Of a DNA stretch of 64,000 nt, positions 12,701 to 25,744 are shown piece by piece (within the stretch, counting starts at the first letter, position 1; each line of letters begins with the position of its first letter). The notes under the pieces were generated by a model. That model ran no database searches. It was not told the origin of the DNA and was given only the letters and a program-made list of their open reading frames with translations. The position numbers were made by a program, and so were the translations under genes. The DNA comes from Botryllus schlosseri (taxonomy: Eukaryota), in NCBI GenBank assembly GCA_051294905.1, contig CM119372.1, positions 13,332,001-13,396,000 of the forward strand, in the 5' to 3' direction.

Positions 12701-15700
12701 TGGTAATCGCGGGCACTGAATGACTTGTTTCATGAATTAGGGATTTGGAAATGTATCCCATAACAATGTTGAAGCACGGACTGACCGCGTAATCTGTAGC
12801 CTAATGCGACAATGGCAGCAAAGAAGGTTTGGTGACTTCTTGCGACTTTAATTGTTACGACATAATTTGCTATGTTGACTTTATTTTCTATCTGGATTAC
12901 GCATGTGTAATCGCACCATATTATTGAACAGGCTTGAAAGTAAGCGAATTTTCGGTACAGTTTATACAGCCCATGGTTTTAGTCAACGCAGTAACATTAA
13001 AAAGTAGGTTTTGTTTTGAATTTCAAGCAACTTTTCGCGGCCTGCACAGAATAGCTCAGCGGGCCGCACTTTGCCCAGGTCTGCGCTAGACAATGACTTC
13101 TGCTGCCACCATCACAAGCCACATAAACACAGTCACCTTTTCATCTGATCCCGGAGAATCCTCACACCCTCGTTTGATTAGACCAGAATGTTGTTTTCCT
13201 GGAAAGGAACCGGATTTGAGAATAGATTCTCGAAGCATTCTCAGTACTTGTTGACGCTGGGATCTTAGAGTATCAGTTTAAGTGGTTACGACTACTTCAG
13301 TAGAATCCAATATGGAAACAATTGGAAAAGTAGTTGAGATTATTCATGATTACTGCATATAAGACAAACTAGACTCAACGGCGAGTATCTCTAGAACTTC
13401 AATGTCTGCACATCAAAATTCTACTCAAATCCATGCATCACATAACTTTGTATAGGAAATTAGCTGCTTATCAATATACGTAATGCGCATACCTGTCGCA
13501 GGCAGCAATGCAGGAGAGAACATGAGATCAAAGCCATCCCTGGAGGAAGAACTATCGTCATGAACATCGTCGGGTAACACTATAAAAACAACGGTGAAGA
13601 GTGACAGGGAAAACGCCGCAATTATTACAAATCAATCCCTACAGTGGCTGACGACTGGTGTCTGAGCTGTCTTGGTCGAGTCATCATAACAGTCTGAAGC
13701 AAATGTTGCCAGTTCATCCAAAAGAGAATCCGAGTTTATTGGCGACCACTGAGGGGAATAGACTGGTGTGTCTTCATGAAATACCTATTCAATACCAAGG
13801 TTTGTTAAAATAGCAAGGAACTAAATTCCGCAAAGCATGACGGCAAGACATACAGTAGATTGATCGGTAAGTGTACTCTTTACCGTGATGAAAATTGTAT
13901 CAGAACATAAAAAGCGGCTATGGTCCGAGAAATCCGAGTGATAACAATGATGGAGGCAGACCGTGAAGTTTTACAATATCGGCATACACTGGCAGGCGTA
14001 GGCATCGGACGCTAATTTTCCTTAGGTATGCGGGTTCGATGACGTCATAATGTGACAAAATTGATAATTAGGGTAAAGTACATACGTAAATGCCGATTAT
14101 ACAATCTCCCCATGTTGAATAACTTACACGTATGATAAGCTTGCCAACGAGTACGGAAGTGCTATCACTTAGCGAGTACCTGATCTCTCGCAAACAATTA
14201 AATGCACGCGCTTATCAACGCGTATTTCATAACCTCGGCGACGATTGTACTAGTCAGGATGTCCAATATATTATAGAATCTGTTCTATAATGGCACCGAT
14301 TTCAGGTGGTTCAAACCTTTCTCATCTTTTATACCTCAAGCCTTGACACACATGTTCTGATCGTTACGTGTAAGTATAAGTGGAAATCAAATACGGAGAT
14401 CGCGTCGCGTTACATTGTGCACATTGTGAAATCATTACGAATGTTTACAACGCAATTGCGTACCGAAGAGTTTCCGAGTCTGGACAAAGAAGTTCCTCTT
14501 CCCGTGTCATCTGTTTTCAGTTGCGGCCTCTCATTAAATTTGGTGGGAATATCGTAGGAGAGAGACTGCCTTCGATCGAAACCTTCTCCCTCTTCTGCGC
14601 CTTGGCTATCCCACACCATGTGATTGTCGTCGTCTCCTATTGAGAAAAAAACTCTTTATAAATGTTGCTGCCGTTGCTCGGAGATTTGTACGACCTCGTG
14701 AATTGGCTTCAAGAATGCAGTATTCCGTCAGTTTGTCGAGCAAAGCCGCGAAAATCCCGTTTTCGTGAAGAATCTGAGGAAATAACAGTTAGGCTGGATC
14801 GATCATTCTCTTATTTTGCTCACAATAGCTGTTGTACGTATATTAGATCCTGTTGGCTCTGTTCAGTTTATTAATAATTTCTTCATTTCAAAACCCTGCG
14901 GTATTGCGATACAATACAGACTTCGCATAGTTCGTTATGCGGCGATTTCCCATTCGTCTGCCTCGAGTTTTGGAACTTGACTCAACTTGACTCAACCCGC
15001 CATTATGCAAGACGTCGCTCGTGCATCGGAAATTAATGAACACCAGGTAGATTTGGCCAAACTACTAATTAATAAATCAAACCGTTGGTAATTTGCAATT
15101 CGAATTTAAATTGTTACGACCCCTCCCCCAATAATACTAGATTGGAGTTATTGGCGTCAATAAAGAATCAAATACATACCTTCAAGCCCTCTTCATCATA
15201 CACAAAGCTTAATAAAGATCCAATCAGAAACAAATGAACGCCATTCCACCGCGCATCGTTTAGAACGTAGATTAAAATAGGCAGAGCGTCAAGAGATCGC
15301 AAACGAGCCCTACGGATGAAATACGGGGTATAAAAAGAAGAGAAGTCAAAGTACAATTTTCTGCAATCACCTATTGATAGCCTCTCTGCAACAGTAGCAT
15401 AACGAGCTGATCAGCGATAGCGCGGCCTCGGGCAGCGGCCCTTCATAGAGTACTTGGGATGTTTTCACACCAGTATACGGATATAGAATTGTTTTCATTT
15501 CTCCGACTATCATTTCGATTCCCCCAAGCGTCCCAAGAGTGGGTCTCGCGCAAGCTTGCCAAGTCAGGTTTTGAAGTATTGTCAACACATCGCCCTTGAC
15601 CGAAGGCACTGGATCTGAAATGGAGAATAGAGTAGAGTAGGCCTACTTTTATTTTTTACTTGAGCACTCAAGTATACTTATCCTCGCTTTTGTACTTCTA

Positions 15701-18700
15701 TGCTCAAATAGTTATGATTTTAGACCAGTAGTCTTCTACTAGGTGTATGATACGCCATACATTCTAGCGCAGGGGTGGGCAAACTTTTCAGCTCTCGGGC
15801 CACATTCGACATCTGAATCCATCCGCGGGTTTGGGTCACACTATTCAAATTGGGATTATTAGCTAAAGCGCAATATTATTATGTAATTGTATGGGGACCG
15901 GGGAATTATGGAGATGACATCTATGTATATACGGTATTTTTAAAAATCTAACAATAATTTAATGATAACGTACACGCGTCAAAAATAATGACAAGATTTT
16001 CTAAGCTGGTCATCCTCAATAACCAATTTGGTAAAATTTGGGATGAAAGGCTGCTGTGCCGATTCTTATAAGCGGATGTAAATTTGAATCTGAGGAACGA
16101 CCTCTTCACAGATTTGCAGATACTACTTTTGGTTTACCTCCGGACAGACAATCCTGACAGCATCATAACCATGCTACCTTCAATTTACGCTTCTACAAGG
16201 CCCCATAGGGTGATAAACTTATGTCAGTTTCGATCGCGCCATGCGCCATCATGATTGAATCGGTCAATAATATCGGGAATCGTATATATATTGCTATACA
16301 TTTATTATACTCTTTCTCTGTCCACGTAATCAGATTTACCGGAAGCGCTGGGTGAGGTGTTTCCTTGGAAAATGTTGGGCTTGTTAATAATAATTAACAT
16401 ATTCGGGTGTCCCCGACGGTATACTGACTTCGTTACACGATTTCAAATTGGTATTTCTTCACTGGGAAATAATTTGTCTCTGCGGAATGGCATTTATTGT
16501 CTTGTAGATCGCCAGGACAGGAACATTTGACGCCAGCCATTTATAGGCTCTTAGGGACATTTTAACATATCAAAGTTTTTGGTCAGCATAACAGCAGTCC
16601 TTTTCGGCCAAGGTTTTCTCGCTGCCTATCGTTCTGGCAAGACTAAAATACTTCTACACATATCGAGAACATATCTATACCTAACACACGTGCGAAGCGG
16701 TGTCACAAATACGGTAACAAAAGTAATAGAATTACTGGAGTCAATTATGTTATTTCCGTTTTAAATTTCTGTGATGTTTACCAACTGAACCCTTTGAAAA
16801 TGCGTAGGCCTTGAGATCAAGCTACTACGCCAGCAATAAAATAACCATCATAGTAAGTCTATAAATTATTATCATTGCCATGGGTAAATGTATTGAGAAA
16901 AAGTATTGCGAAGTCGCTGCAAAAATTACATTTTACTACTCATCGTATTTTCGAGGCTTTCGCGAGTCGCACTAAACGGTGTTCCAGGCCGTAGTTTGCC
17001 CACACCTTCCCTAGCGTGTACCAGAAATTTTCAAGGGTTGCACCTTGCACCAGATACGCTGATTAGGACCCAATGCAACTTGCAACTGATGTTGATCTGT
17101 TTTTTACTCATCATAACTGAGGTGTATAACTTTTGTGAAAATGTTAAAAGGCTGTACCATTCCGAGAAAGGTTGGATAGCAGTGATTTAAACGACTTCAG
17201 AGAGCACTAGCTACGCAGGCAGCTCGGGTTCAATTCAACGTCAGAGGCTATCTGGGCTCCTCATTCCTGTGTCGCCGTTCTTACGGCAACAATAAAAGCA
17301 CAGACCCGATGAAGTGCGTACTCTAAAAGAAGTGAATGGACGAGCAAAAAAAAACTGTTTCGAATTTAAGAAATACAACATCTACTTTCAAATTGATTCA
17401 GGAATTTGGAATGAATTTTCTGTATGGTGTCGTAATAGAGATTGTGGTCTACTTGGGCGTACGTCACATTAGTGCAATTGTTGAACTGTTTGAAAGTAGC
17501 GCACAATTTGTTTAGGAGATGTTATCTGTGAAAGCTATGGAGACTTTTTGACAGTGCGACACTTGGGAGAATAATAGAGGTCATAGCAACAAACAAAGTC
17601 ATGTTTCTTTCAATGGAAACCGAGCAATCAAAATCAAGCTAGTGTTTTTTTACTGGACTTCGTGACCTTCGCCTTGCAGAAACTTCAATAAAACCACGTA
17701 TAACATAAAAAATGCGGCATTAAATGAAGTTTCCAATATTACATTTGGGTTGGATACATCAGTCGTGATTAAATTTAGAGTTCATTTTGATTTTTGAAGA
17801 TTCACTGGTCCGAAACATTTGTTCTGAAGTTTTACCGGTACGCGACGTCAAAAAGATTGAGAACCATTGGTCTAAAATATCGCCGAATAATGACTAACAT
17901 AAAAAAAATGAGACTTTGGGCACTAGGCCAAGGTGGATGCCAGTTAAGAGACCACAACTGGTCGTTTCAAATTATCTTGTCTGTTCATTACACCGCATTG
18001 TGTCTTATGAATCATATTATCTTTATCAGATGAAAATATGTAATCTGACGATTATTATGACTCCCATTCTATTTCAGCAACTTTCAGAGTAAAACTATTC
18101 GGTCTCTACTCTATGGATTTTGTTAAATACAAGTAGTCTTGGAGGTTTAATTATCTAAAAAGCCAGGAGACAAACCCATGACCCATGTTTGGGCCTGCAC
18201 ATGGCAATGTTGGACATTTTGCACCCTTCCAATTCCGAAAAAATAATTCTGCAGAACATCGCCCCAACGTCCGTTTCGGGATGATAGATGCGCGTTGTGG
18301 CAATTGATATTATTCCTCACCGCTATATCATCAGTTCGTATCACTAAAAGCCTATTTGAAAGAGAAAATGCCACCTGCGCTTTCGCTGGCTATCTTCACG
18401 AGTTCCCCGATAGCCGCACCGTCATTCGCGAGCATATGATCCGCAAACTCGATACTCTTCGAAAGACTGATCGCACTCAACGCTTTAACAGCCGACGAGG
18501 CTATTTCCTAAAACAGTGATCATTTTCAGAAGAGAATATGATGCATGGGAATCAGGCTTGACAAATGAGAACAGAAATTCTGGCCAGGCAATTCAGCCGT
18601 CATATTTCTCAAACTAGGCATCAAGATATGCCAACTTTCGAATGGTAGCAATTGGATAGCAGTGTCATTGCAATTCGAGCCCTTCCGATATCTGTCCTTA

Positions 18701-20564
18701 GAAAAATGGATAATACGGTCAATTTTTATCAGCCGGTCCAATGACGTCACATCTCTATTTCGGTAGAAAATACTGGCTTTGACGGCAAGCAGATGCAATA
18801 TTGTCTAAAATTTCAGGTATTAGCCAAGCGCAGTACAATTGTAGCCTAACCACATAGGCAATATTCAAAAAGTAATGGCGCAAAATAGGCTATTAAATAG
18901 GACGACATCACATAAAACAAACGACTCTGCAATTAAAATCTTTGACCACAGCATTCACACTCACATCTGACTCGAACGGCATCAATCCGTTGATAGCTGC
19001 TACTGCTCCGTGCTGCACTAATTTTTTACGATGAGATGGATTATTTGCCAAGTTCTTGAATGCACGGAATGCGCTACATATGCAGTGGGGCAAGGTTGAT
19101 GAATTTTTTACCAGGTGAACAAGTAGTCTTACAGTTGCAGCCTGAAATCGTATAATATACATATTATATTCTCACTATAAATAACTTCTCATTAACCGAA
19201 TCAGCTCACCTTATGCAGAGCCTCGGCGCATTCTTCGTTGTAAGCAAGATTTGCGATAGCACGACAAACTCTTGACGTTATGCTTGGGCATTTTATATAC
19301 TGTAGGATCCATACTAGAGTAAAATGTTAAGAGTGAAATAAGCACCCAAGTCAAATACCACGGATTCATACCTATATGAGATATTGCGTTGCCATCGCAT
19401 ATCTGCAAAAACATGAAATTCAATTTGTTATAAATCAGGGTGGATAGATACATCTTTTAAGGGTGTTTCCGATGTAGCTTTGGCAGAGACTTGATTGGAT
19501 GACCGAGAGTCACTAGTGCATATATTTCATTGAACTGGATAGTAGCAAAGATGGAATGCAGAAAATATGGTATGGTACACAACTTCATCGTCAGTAGGCG
19601 TATTCAAATCAATCTATATCAGAAGATATCAAATGATGCTGACGCGATAAAAATACCCAGTCGATCAGAGATTGAAAATCTTGCAATACTACTTGGCTAT
19701 CTACACAGTGTCGGTATCTTGATAATTCATAGGTTCACGTTCGCAAAAGAACCGTGGTAGGTTCTACACTGTGAACATTTTTTGAAATTATCAGAATTTT
19801 AAAGTGAAATATTGTTCCTGAGCTTCAAGGATCCTATGAGCAGCCCAGCAATAGTGGATGCAAATAAGGGCCTTTGTACAGAATTTATGAACAAGTTGTT
19901 ACAAGATCATGATAGGACATTTCACTGCAGTCACATCGTCATCAGTGACTTCTTTAAAATGACACCAACCGTACTCAGATTAATGACTGCTGCACTCCGG
20001 AAATATTTTAGACCAGTGGTTCTCTAACTTTTTAAGACACGCTCCGCTTTATGATAGTGAAAATTGTGCCCCCTCTTATCGTCATTTTACAAAATGCAAT
20101 CAGGATGCTGACAATCCCAACGGATAGCTTGATGGCATGGAAGGTTATGACTGTTGATGAGAGAATTCTCAAATATGAAAATCGGACTGTACGCAGAGCA
20201 GTAACTATGAATTCGAGGTAAATCGCGTAGTTGTACTTCTACTACAACGATTGCATCTAAATCTTTGTTAGTGAAACTTCAAATCAAATCACAATATTCA
20301 TTGACTCACCTTTTGCCGTGCAGCATCCTGCGTGACACAGTTTGCGAGAATACTTATCGTCATGTCAATAATCCTTTGGTTCGTTTTTTGCAAGAATGGT
20401 ATCAGCACCTCTATCCCATCATTTTCGATAATCGTTTTGATGCCTGTCCATTTCTTCGAGTAAGGTCTTATCTTCAATAGAGCTTCACAAATTTTTGAGT
20501 CATTCCCAGAGTCACAAGTTGAAAGGCTTTCAAGGCATCGTTTGATGTGCTTTTGCTGGGACAT
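6703..20564 (-). CDS. ARMC5: Armadillo repeat-containing protein 5 (ARM repeats plus C-terminal BTB), multi-exon
   Basis: Phase-consistent GT-AG exons: 20564-20310, 19402-19372, 19313-19210, 19141-18965, 18507-18375, 15614-15371, 15309-15180, 14773-14695, 14636-14464, 13784-13643, 13579-13493, 13198-13137, 11472-11420, (11306-11271), 11199-11111, 10672-10372, 10081-9946, 9691-9568, 9506-9404, 9342-9146, 8577-~8465, 8431-8280, last exon ~7530-6703 (the last junctions are uncertain). Diagnostic motifs: SILANC, RVCRAIANLA, RPTLGTLGG, CYCCREAINRARLR, and BTB VHSDMLVSKSPMFEAMFLGKY. Confidence 0.88.
7827..8163. mobile_element. hAT (Charlie-like) MITE
   Basis: Ends CAGTGGTTCTCAAC...GTTAGGAACCACTG with perfect 8-bp TSD CTCTATAG. 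Confidence 0.9.
8620..9127. mobile_element. Palindromic non-autonomous DNA transposon, Kolobok-like
   Basis: About 210-bp inverted arms (AGGGGCTCTGCACTCTAAAAATGATG.../...CATCATTTTTAGAGTGCAGTGCCCCT) flanked by TTAA/TCAA. AG...CT termini with a TTAA target are typical of Kolobok. Confidence 0.8.
12049..13083. mobile_element. Non-autonomous hAT element
   Basis: CAGGGGCGGGCAA...TTGCCCAGGTCTG, GCGGGCCG subterminal motifs, TSD CGCTAGAT/CGCTAGAC. Confidence 0.85.
15770..17008. mobile_element. Non-autonomous hAT element (same family as 37282-38869 and 52875-54107)
   Basis: CAGGGGTGGGCAAACTTTT...GTAGTTTGCCCACACCTT, near-TSD TTCTAGCG/CCCTAGCG. Internal sequence is shared with the other copies (e.g. 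CCTCAATAACCAATTTG). Confidence 0.8.
17170..17340 (+). mobile_element. tRNA-derived SINE fragment
   Basis: B-box-like GGGTTCAATTC followed by GAGGCTATCTGGGCTCCTC. Related reverse-strand copies are at about 25880-25980 and 32290-32488. Confidence 0.55.
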
Positions 20565-21450
20565 TCTAAATTAATCATTTGATATCATGAAAATGTGCTC
20601 CTGTTGCTAATATAGTAGTCCGTTAGCAATGCATAGAATAAAATGAATTTGTATGTTTATATGCGCAATGAATTCAGCTAAAGCCCGAAAACTCGGCTGC
20701 GCAATGCACGGTTTCACCCACATTATAGGAATGCAGAGACAGACTGGATAGATTGCAGAAATAAAATTGTTCGCTAGTCGTTACCGTTTGCAGCTATATA
20801 TTTTTGATTCACCAAATAAACGGTTACGTTAGCGGTACCTCGGGTGCTTCCGACTTGGTACAGCTGTAGAAGGAACCTTGAGTTATACTTTCAGGTGAAC
20901 GTTCACTTCATATCCTGTCACGCCGAAAGAGGATTTCCATTTCAAAATATGCATTCAAAAAGTCACGATTACCCTTCACAGGATCAGGATAATAATAATA
21001 AATTATCTTCCAAGTAAACTATAAAGCACGGAACCAGGCGACACGATAACGGACCGCGAAGAAATGATATGAACCGCTAAGAATGAGAAACCGAGTGCAG
21101 CCATCGCCAGCATTGAGATAAACTCAATATAGCTATCAATGTGTTGATACATTTTTTTTTATTTTGAAAGTTTTCGTCTTACTTAAGCACATAGGTTCCG
21201 GAAGGAATCTCACTCGTACCTGAAGCATACAGGTTTACAAAAGGCCACACGTATGATAGAAGAATAACAGTATATAACCATTTATTGACAACAGCTTGCG
21301 GATATGACGATTATATACAAAAAGCAAATAGGTTATTGAAACCGAGCGGTTACTTTTTCCACTTTACACACTCATTTACCCAACTGCATCCGCTAGATGA
21401 CGCTATGCATAAATTTGAATCACTCGGCATTAGGGCTGGGCACAATACAT

Positions 21451-23071
21451 TAGGGATGGTGTGAACCTCTGAAAGGTTCGGGTTCGTGTGAACGCGTACC
21501 TTTTTGAAAGGTTCTGTGTGAACACGAACGTGAACCTCGTGACGCCATATTGCTAATTCCAACCCTATCTTTCAATGAAGTGATAGCCTATATTAATGTA
21601 CACGATACCTAGCGAAGACTCGGGCCACATAATGTCGCATTGCTGTAGTAGGCTACATATTGGCGTTATAAACGTCGCTTAATGTATCAACCGCGGTTAT
21701 CAAAGGATATAATAATCTCATAAAATCAATACATTCTGTCGCTTTGCCAACAATTTCGACGAGGACTTACCATGAAATATAAGCTTACGCCTCAATGGTC
21801 TTAGCCAGACCGGACAATGTGTTCGGAGTCTGAGTATTGCTACATTGATGTTGAGCAGAGTGTAAAACGGGTTTCTATACTCGCTACCGATACCATAAAC
21901 AACAAGTTATATAGCAGTAGCCAGCACCTTAATCGCACGGATTTGGTTTTAATGATACAGTTAAGATATTTGGTCAAGATTGACCCCGTACGCCCATTCG
22001 ATATTTTACATCAGAAAACGATATCAATGTCATTGATTGGTTGAATAAGCATCATTCGCTGACTACGTATATCGCTCGTGACGTTGTGTGATTGCGGGTC
22101 AAGTTCACAGCGGAGAGTCACTAAATATTCAAAACGGAACGCTAAATATTTCGAGACATTTTTGGTAACAAAAAAGCAAGTAAAACTTTTAAGGTTGTCA
22201 TGGTGCATGCTCGTTTAGTGTTTATTTTTTATGCTGCCAGCGCCATGCATAGAGTGACCCGCAGTTGAAATGCAATAAACTTGAACCAAAGAGATCTTAT
22301 AACGAAGTGCAAATTACAATTTACCAAAAAGGTTCATCATCATCATTGGTTTATTAGCAATTTTATCAGTTCAATACACCACAAAAATGCGATACAATGA
22401 AAAGACAGGAAGATGTCGAAGCGACAAGGAGTAGTCTATGGAATCTGACACCCACCTTGGCCTAGGCGATGTAAAGAGGAGGCATGCACACTGAATGAAA
22501 GTAAAGAAGATAGTATAGAAAAAGAATGCGACAAGAAATAGGGCGGCATGTCATGGGAAGCGAGATCGATAGGTCAGTCGTGGTCCGGTAATCTTGAGGA
22601 TGGACTGTATTTATTTAGTAGTAATTGCTTGTATTTCGACTTGAATGTGGACATGCTCGTCGACTGTCGGATGGCCGGCGGGATACTGTTCCACACATCA
22701 GGTCCGGCATATTTGATGGAGCGATGATCTTTTCGGTCGATCATATGATATTTGGACGACGTGGACGCGCGTGTGTTGTACTTGTGCGCTTTTGATTCAG
22801 AGGTAAAGAAGTCATTGAAATATTCGGGGCAACGACCGCAGTGAAACTGATACATAAACTTGGCGATTTCTAGTTTCTGCATATCTTCTAAGTTTAGGAC
22901 GCCGAATCTCTTCAGCAGCGACTTATTGGATGTGCAGCCAGGCCCCTTTGGGGCCCTAGCTATGATTCACAGTGCAGAACCTACCAAGGTTCTGTTGTGA
23001 ACGCGAACCTCTAAATTTCCGAGGTTCACACACAGAACACGAACGTGAACCTCACGTTCACACCATCCCTA
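21451..23071. mobile_element. hAT-type element carrying a nested LINE fragment
   Basis: TAGGGATGGTGTGAAC...GTTCACACCATCCCTA with perfect 8-bp TSD CAATACAT. Confidence 0.88.
22335..22945 (-). mobile_element. CR1/L2-clade LINE 3' fragment
   Basis: ORF 22574-22882 ([38 protein letters not shown]) is a typical LINE ORF2 C-terminus. It is followed by a 3' UTR ending in (ATG)n. Further copies at about 45400-45790 (-), 59220-59315 (+) and 61720-62035 (+). Confidence 0.85.
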
Positions 23072-23146
23072 CAATACATAACAGCTATGATCAGTAGAGG
23101 AATGAATTTGCTTTGCATTACATTTGGGGCATCGGCCCATCGCAAA

Positions 23147-23968
23147 TAGGGCTGGGCACAATGGATTCGAGTACTCGAATCTGAATCGAGTATTAATTTT
23201 CATGATTCGAGACGAGTAGTAAAAGAAGATTTTTTCAAGTACTGAAATTATACGCTCCTCGCAACTGAAATTCCGAGAATTATAGTTTTGATACTATTTT
23301 CCACTGAAACCTTGATTGGCCGTCTCGCAGCATACCAGACAAGTACAAATCTACGAACGTTACAGGAAATAACACATTTCCGAAGTCATGATCATCTAAC
23401 ACAGTGGTTCTCAACCTTTTTTTAGACACGCCCCCCTTTATGATAGGGAAAAATTTCGCCCCCCCCCCCTTATCGTCATATCACAAAATCCAACCGGGAT
23501 GCTAGCAACCCCAACAGATTGTTGAATGGCATGGAAGGTTATGACTGCTGATGAGAGAATTCAAAAGTATGAAATTCAGTCTATGGAGAAACACGCGTGA
23601 ATTGGAGGTAAATCGCGCAGAGCGCGAAAAAAATTGTCAGTTGACCGCTTCTTCGCGCCCCCTTCAGATGCTTTCATACCCCATACCCCCCCAGGGGGGC
23701 GCGCCCCCCAGGTTGAGAACCACTGATCTAACAACATTGTCAACAAGGGCAATGAAATCGGTATATGGTCGACAAAATACCAAAGTATCTTTAATGTGAC
23801 GGATAACAGGCATTATGTTCTTTATGGTGCCATAAAAGGTGCAAATTTGAACTTTGACATAATACATTCCGTTGTGACGTCATAATGAGTGATACTCGAC
23901 TCGACTCGAAGCGTAATACATGATTCAGAATCGAATCACTATAAGGTACTCGATTTTGCCGAGCCCTA
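23147..23968. mobile_element. hAT-type MITE with a nested second MITE (23402-23725, TSD ATCTAACA)
   Basis: Outer ends TAGGGCTGGGCACAA...TTTTGCCGAGCCCTA; inner ends CAGTGGTTCTCAAC...GTTGAGAACCACTG. Confidence 0.85.
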
Positions 23969-23997
23969 CTCGACATGTAGGCCTATTATATATATAA

Positions 23998-25132
23998 TAG
24001 GGTTGCCATACGTCCGGAATTTTCCGGACATGTCCGGAATTTCACTGAAAAATCTGCGTCCGGGAGGAATTTCTAAAATATGCCTAAATGTCCGGAATTT
24101 TGAGGGCTTGAAGCAGGCTCAAAAGTTTTTCGCAAATCAACATAAACAATATTATTTTCAAGCAGATTTATGCTATTCAAAATTGTTCTTCGCGCCGCGC
24201 GCGAGTTAATGCAACGTATAATGATATTAGTATGGGCTCCAGGCACCACCCTCGCTAAAAAATGCAATCAAAATAAATATAATTAACCATCATTTACTGA
24301 CATAAGTCTGATTGTAATCGCAATTATAAGCTAACACGGTATATTCCTAAAGTTGGTTAAGGCCGATTGGATGCTTCAATCACAGACAGTGGTTCCAAAT
24401 TTTGGGGTCGTCCGCCTTAATCTGGAGATCGCGATGATGTTGGACGTAATCAGCTTCCTAGGCCGTGAGTAAGTTTGAGCAAGCTCATTTTTTTTAATAA
24501 TCAGCTTATCAAGTTTTGAGCTTTGCCACGGAACATTTTCAAGTGGGAAATGAGGTCGCGAGCATAAAAGGTTGGAAATCACCTGATGTGCAACCTGCTG
24601 GTACATTTTATAGAAGCCTAATATATCAAAGAATCAATATTATTGACAGAATGCAAACATAAAATTTAACAGCCAAATGCATATAGTAAGTGCCGAAGAA
24701 GTTATGGACTACCCTATGGTGGACCCAAGATCAGTGTTTTTTTGGTAAAAGGGGGGGGGGGGGGGGGTGTTGTTTCGGATCTGATTAAAACACATAAATA
24801 GATAGCCGCACCGACCTAACTGTATAGCAGGGCTGTCAAACACAATCCTGACAGGCCAGACACGGCCTGCCAGGTGATTTCATCCGGCCCGTGGAAGAAT
24901 CTATTACAAACCCTAGCAAGTAGCAATCACCAGAGCTCACATTACAGATGGCCCAATTCAAGACCTATATTTCACTTCATTCCTGTATACTGTATAGTGT
25001 ATGCAGTCGATGAGCAATGCTTTGCTAGTGTGACGTCATATTGACGGTCAATGTGTGACACCTCATTTTAAAACCCGCTAGTGGGCGCTAAAGAGTGTCG
25101 GGAATTTGCTTCACAAAAATATGGCAACCCTA
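23998..25132. mobile_element. hAT-type element
   Basis: TAGGGTTGCCATA...TATGGCAACCCTA, TSD ATATATAA, TCCGGA subterminal repeats. A related copy in the opposite orientation is at 32683-33561. Confidence 0.88.
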
Positions 25133-25229
25133 ATATATAACTCAAGAACTTCTTGGAGGTACAGAAATTCAGTATACAAAACTGAACACGACTTTTTTCG
25201 GCTGACACCTCGTCATGGGTTGTCGTCAG

Positions 25230-25744
25230 TAGGGCTGGCCAAAATCGAGTACCTGAGTGATTCGATTCTAAATCACGTATTATACTTCGAGTGAGTATTA
25301 CAGTATCACTGATTATGACATAATAACAGCATATAAAATGTCATGCTTCAAATATTTAGGCCTACCTTTTATGCCACGACAAAGAATATAATGCCAGCTA
25401 TTCGTCACATTACTTATACTTTCGTATTATTTCGACTCAGCCGATTTCATTTCACTTTGTGACAATGTTGTGGGAGGATCATGACTTCGGAACTATGTTG
25501 TTTCCAGTAACGTTCGTAGCTTTGTACTATGAGTCGTATGCTGCTATACGGCCTATCAAGGTTCCAAGGCTTCCACAGTGGAAAATAGTATCAAAACCGT
25601 AATTTTCGGCGATAAAATAGCTCTCAGTGGCGAGGAGCGTATATTTTCAGTACTCGAAAAAATCGTATTTTGCTACTCGACTCGAATCATTAAAATAATT
25701 ACTCGATTCAGATTCGAGTACTCGAATCATTGTGCCAAGCCCTA
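25230..25744. mobile_element. hAT-type MITE, inverted relative of 23147-23968
   Basis: TAGGGCTGGCCAAAATCGAG...TGTGCCAAGCCCTA, perfect TSD GTCGTCAG. Confidence 0.88.

Noticed and set aside
13990..14255. Possible Helitron-like insert ending in CTAGT
   Set aside because: No second copy in the window and no clear 5' boundary or hairpin.
18526..18798. 90-aa minus-strand ORF as a candidate ARMC5 exon
   Set aside because: Exon 18507-18375 fits both phase and ARM-repeat character better, so this ORF is probably intronic.
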